The notes beneath the pieces are model-generated. The model saw only the letters and a program-made list of their open reading frames with translations, had not been told where the DNA came from and made no database searches. Below, piece by piece: positions 55,716 to 60,799 of a stretch of 60,799 bases of DNA. The DNA lies in NCBI GenBank assembly GCA_040357565.1, contig JBDODJ010000066.1; one strand, given 5' to 3'. Source of the DNA: Cercozoa sp. M6MM (taxonomy: Eukaryota > Protista > Endomyxa: Ascetosporea). A program made the position numbers and the translations under genes. Numbering within the stretch: the first letter of the stretch is position 1; each line of letters starts with the position of its first letter.

Positions 55716-56034
55716 GCTAAACCAAAAGTTGTTTCAAACAGGCAAACGAGGCGCAGCTAAATCAAAAGGTGGTTTTGTGTGATACCGCATCGGCGGACAA
55801 ATCTGCACGCGACAGTGCGATGGTTTGAAATGAGCGAGTGCCGGTGGTGGGTGGGTCGATTAAGAATGTCAGGTGTCGGAACCTTCGCTCATTTCAAGTT
55901 CCGTCCTTACTTCTGACAGCGTAAATCACTTCGCTTAAATTACTTACAAGTACTTAAACTTTGATCACGAGTCACGGCCCAGTTGTGTTGCTTGCTGCGT
56001 TTGGTAAGGCGACGGAGCAAGATCCGTACTTCAG

Positions 56035-57702
56035 TTAGTGCTGGTCAATGTTCGAGTCTTGGCGTGGCTCCACGAAGCGCACGTTCAAGGGCATCATGTC
56101 GGCAGTACGAAGGTTACCCTGCACATTTTAGATACAGGTGCTCAAGCGAAGTAAATTTAGCTGGTGGTAGCACAGTGCGACCGGCGCAAGGTTCAGCAGC
56201 AAACACAACGCTGTACAGTCCTAAACACACCACACGCGCACAGACACTTAAGTAAACTGTTCCTGAGAGTACTAAAATATTCGGCTGCCAACCAATGAGA
56301 GCGGAGTCACTGTGCCAGGTGCCAGGAAGCGTATAAATGCCATGTCGGAACGGAATGCGAAAGGCGGCCAATGCAAGTGTCACTTGTGTTTCTGTGCAGA
56401 CACGATAAATTTAAATAGTTCCAAAGGAGAGGGCACAGAAATGTAAATTTTAAGATTTTATAAAAGTGAAAGAGAGACTTGTGCCTACCATCCTGGTCGC
56501 TACGCTGCTGCGCAAGCACGAGGAAACCACCAGCGTCTCCGTTTCGCGGTGCATGGAAGTGCGGCATGGCGTGCCACTCCTGTGTGCACGCCGAAACGGT
56601 TCAGGTCGTTGACCCACCCAGGAGAATGAGTCGGTACCAGGAAGCAGCCGGCATTGCCCAAAATCCATTCCGTAAAGTAGTCCTCGCCTGCGCTAATTGG
56701 TGTGGGTGCATTCACGATGCAAGTGATTTCTGGGATGGGGGGGGGGGGGGTGGCAAGTAATTTAAGTTAAACCAATCTCCACTTCAGACACAAGCAAATT
56801 GAGCGGGACGTCTTCACTTGAGACGTACTCTAGGTTGTGTGGTACCTATGAAACATTATTATTTTACGCAAGACAAGTGACACCTTCGCAGGGGAATAGC
56901 AGCACCTGTTGTCCAACAAGAGCGGCACCAAAGGAGCGCAGCGTTTCTGGCGTGCACGACAACACTGGCACTTGGAGTTCCGTGACTAATGGGTCCATCG
57001 GCACCATCGCCTCGGTGGCCACCGTTGCCAGAACGTTGCCGGCATCCTCGTCGAAAGTGCTGCCGAAGTGGAAAGTGTGTCTACACGTAGTTCATTTAGG
57101 CTTGTGCCGAACAAAGGATCGAAATGATATGCCAGAAGACTGTAGTCTATTGCGTAAGATAACCCGTATTACACCACAGCACCGTGTCGAACACACCGCG
57201 CGAAGTCACCGCTCCGGGCAAAGTCAGGCCGAGGACGACATTCCACGCTGCCCAAGATGGCGGTCTGTAGGAAGTCGCGTGGGCAATAAACTTAATTTAC
57301 AAATAGTGTGGTATACTGTGCAGTTTACAGTGGCCATCGAGTTGCGCTGACAGGTGCCGCGATCACCTTGTAAAAGAGCCACGTCCACCAACTGCTTGCG
57401 TAGTTCTGCGCACATCGATTTGCTGAAATCTGAGGTAAATTGTAAGTTTAAATGAATGCTCCACGAAGCCACACCTGGAGGAACAGAGGGATCGACAGGT
57501 ATTTCACGACGCTGCTCGCAGCGCGAGCAGCCACATCCACCCGAACACTCGGAGTCGCATTGTCGACGAACTCCCGTGTTCAACTCTGCGCAGATGCGGT
57601 GCCATTATAAATTGATCGGGACTTGCAATTAGTTCATCGATGGCGGCGTCCGAGAATAGCTGCTATACCTGTGCCATCAGCTCGGCGAACTTTGATTGCC
57701 AT
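56035..57702 (-). CDS. Cupin-like (ureidoglycolate-lyase-fold-like) hypothetical protein with Cys-rich N-terminus
   Basis: VPVLSCTPETLRSFGA; EWHAMPHFHAP...GGFLVLAQ; LAAFRIPFRHGIYTLPGTWHSDSALIG (E-x-H..PH and P-x-x-WH metal-ligand pattern); N-terminal CDSECSGGCGCSRC. Confidence 0.6.
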
Positions 57703-57939
57703 TTTGAGCACTGCACTTGCGGTATCACGCAGCTGCTAGAAGGGACCGAAGCAAAAGCAAACAGACTCGTCTGCCTTGATCAATTTTCTTCAAAACAGTA
57801 CACACTTAAGCGAGTTGGGTCCCAGTGGCTGCAGGACAAGGGTGGCTTGCACTGTACTTTATGGCAACACACGTGCTGTGTTGTGCAGCTAGTGCATCCA
57901 GCCAGGGCTCGGCGTTTCGTTTTGGCGGGAATAGCAAGA

Positions 57940-59232
57940 ATGGATGGACACAGGTATGTCGTGTTGCCCAGACATCCCACTACCGATGAGACTGCTGACT
58001 GTACGGATAGCGATACTGCGAAAGAGAGCAATGACAGTGTAGACACGACTGATGAAGAGGTAGGTCTTGCATTTATACATATAATCCTATATGTCTGGGG
58101 GCGATAGGAAGACGATGGCGAAGTCGATTTCGTGTTCTTCAAACCGCCGACTTACCGTTCATGTCTGCTGATATTCGATTTGCCTGGCAGTGTCATTGAG
58201 GTGAAACTGCTATTTTCTATTTCTTCCGTTAGTTGTTAATCGTTATGTGTGAATACGCAGGAAGACCTGCGAGCAGTGTTCTCAAAATACGGCCTGTTGT
58301 TCAGCGTTGTGTTGAAAACCGATTCTGTACCGTTACTTGGACTGTGCATATATTGTGTACTGCATGTTGAGTATGCTACGCAGAAAGGAAGACCATACGC
58401 TTTCATTAAATTCTACTCGAGGCGGCACGCACTACGTGCCAAACAAAACTATCGAGGTCACAGGGTAAACATTTCCAATACGACACAACACACACACCAC
58501 ACACCACACACACACGCGCGCGCGCGCACGCGTCTACGTCTTTCTAGTAGGTGCAGTGGTCGAGACCATCAATCAACGTTGAAATGGATGGTCGTGGCGA
58601 ACTGTCCTCCAGTCAATGTGTTGAGGTACCTCTCTCTTCCTATTCAATCATGTCCTTGTTCGCATGCTGCGTAGTTGGCCGATCAAGCAGGCTTCTCATC
58701 GTGGAGTTCCCAAGTGACCGCGTGCCATGAGGAAAAAGCGCTCGCCGAGCAACCTCGACTCACTTCGTTTTTGGCGCAGGTGAAACTCACCATTAAAGGC
58801 GACTCGCGCTTTGGCACCTACGATACTACGGTTCTCGGCACGGGTCGAGGCGTTTCCCTGCATCACAATCGACCTGATGCGTTTCGGCAGGTCCGTGCAT
58901 AGCTATGTACGGCACAATTGTCATTCTTTGATGCAGGCGAAGCATGCCGCAGTGACGAATGCCTACAGAAGTGCATTTAACGAAGTCGTGCTTGCTGTAC
59001 CGCCTGGTGCGTTCCTCGTGTATGTTGTGTATGTGCGTGTCTATGAATGCACGTGATAACTGCAGAGGGCGAACCGGTGCTGTTGGCCTGGCAGGAATTT
59101 CTGAACCCGCCCAGCGACGACGACAAGCGCTTCGAAGAGCTCACCATCCACGTCGACGCACGCGATATCATCTACAAGGAGCTTTACACTTCTTTCGTTC
59201 GCGACGGCAGCGGCTGGTCGCGCGGACAGTAG
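57940..59232 (+). CDS. RDM1: RAD52 motif-containing protein 1 homolog (RRM plus RAD52-like domain)
   Basis: LRAVFSKYGLLFSV; YAFIKFYSRRHALRAK; LSSSQCVE|LADQAGFSSWSSQV; AKHAAVTNAYRSAFNEVVL. These parallel, in order, the recalled vertebrate RDM1 motifs FSQFGLLYSV, YAVIKFYSARAAHRAQ, LNSSKCQELANYYFGFNG and AQKLAIQKALSDAF. Confidence 0.8.
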
Positions 59233-59715
59233 CCAGCTGCTAACTCTGTAGCTGCTAGGCGTAAAGGAGGGTCCTGCTGCAGCCACCACCGCACCCGGCG
59301 CGAGCAATCGAACCCAACGCAATGTTGAGTTCCATCACACGTCATGAAAAGAAATAGTACATCGGTACAGTTGACACAGCAATGGTCACAGATTACGATT
59401 GTAGGATCGTGTGCAAATAATTAGTCTAAGTACAGTACACAGTACCACACAGCACGGCATTTTTTTTTGACCCGCAGCCTTAAGCAAGAAGTTATTTTTC
59501 CAAAACAGAAAAGAAGAGCAATTTGATTCTGTTGTACGTCTTGAACCTCACGAGTTGCCCCACAACGGAGCTTGCAACGCGTAGAGGAGCCTTTTAGCTG
59601 CAGTAACTGTGTCTGGTAGCTTGGTGTCTTTTTGTTTTGTTTGCAAAAAATCACCTCTTGGTGTTTAAGCAGAGAGAAGGACGGCAGAGAACAGAAAGCC
59701 AGCCACTACACAGAT

Positions 59716-60799
<1,084 letters not shown>

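Noticed and set aside
55159-55759. 16-bp direct repeat AAACGAGGCGCAGCTA read as the TSD of a LINE/SINE insertion
   Set aside because: Better explained as a pre-existing ~40-bp tandem duplication interrupted by a TG..CA element with a 4-bp TSD; there is no poly(A) tail.
55825-55897. SECIS element
   Set aside because: The ATGA is Watson-Crick paired rather than forming the non-canonical GA quartet, and no in-frame TGA was needed in the adjacent genes.

Overview
Gene-dense, intron-rich nuclear DNA from a eukaryote, probably a flagellated protist; the lineage cannot be fixed from this window. Introns checked are GT-AG, mostly ~45-90 nt, and some are inflated by (TG)n/(CA)n microsatellites where the N-gaps fall. 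The supplied ORF track therefore mostly shows exon fragments, antisense shadows and microsatellite read-through. Splicing exons by hand gives 19 protein-coding genes: an ankyrin protein (partial), SBDS, a cadherin-like type I membrane protein, an orphan, ETFA, a KIAA1143/DUF4604-like gene, an ~18.4 kb giant DUF3638/DUF3645 gene, N6AMT1/HemK2, BET3/TRAPPC3, a bHLH factor, a ~9.3 kb orphan with a C-terminal PH-like domain, a monoglyceride-lipase-like hydrolase, a DNAJB13-like J protein lacking HPD, a SAM-PH-PH protein, a class IV sirtuin, a cupin-like protein, RDM1 and CDC48 (partial). The strongest novelty candidates are three. (i) The giant protein, read as LamG / degenerate protease-like / SF2-type NTPase / EF-hand / LamG / NZF / CUE-UBA. 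(ii) A four-copy family of non-coding TG..CA-bounded solo-LTR-like elements, with conserved hairpins and a 57-bp minimal member. (iii) Unusually degenerate splice donors together with sense-strand-biased UG tracts. Gene boundaries are manual and family assignments come from motif recognition; no database searches were run.
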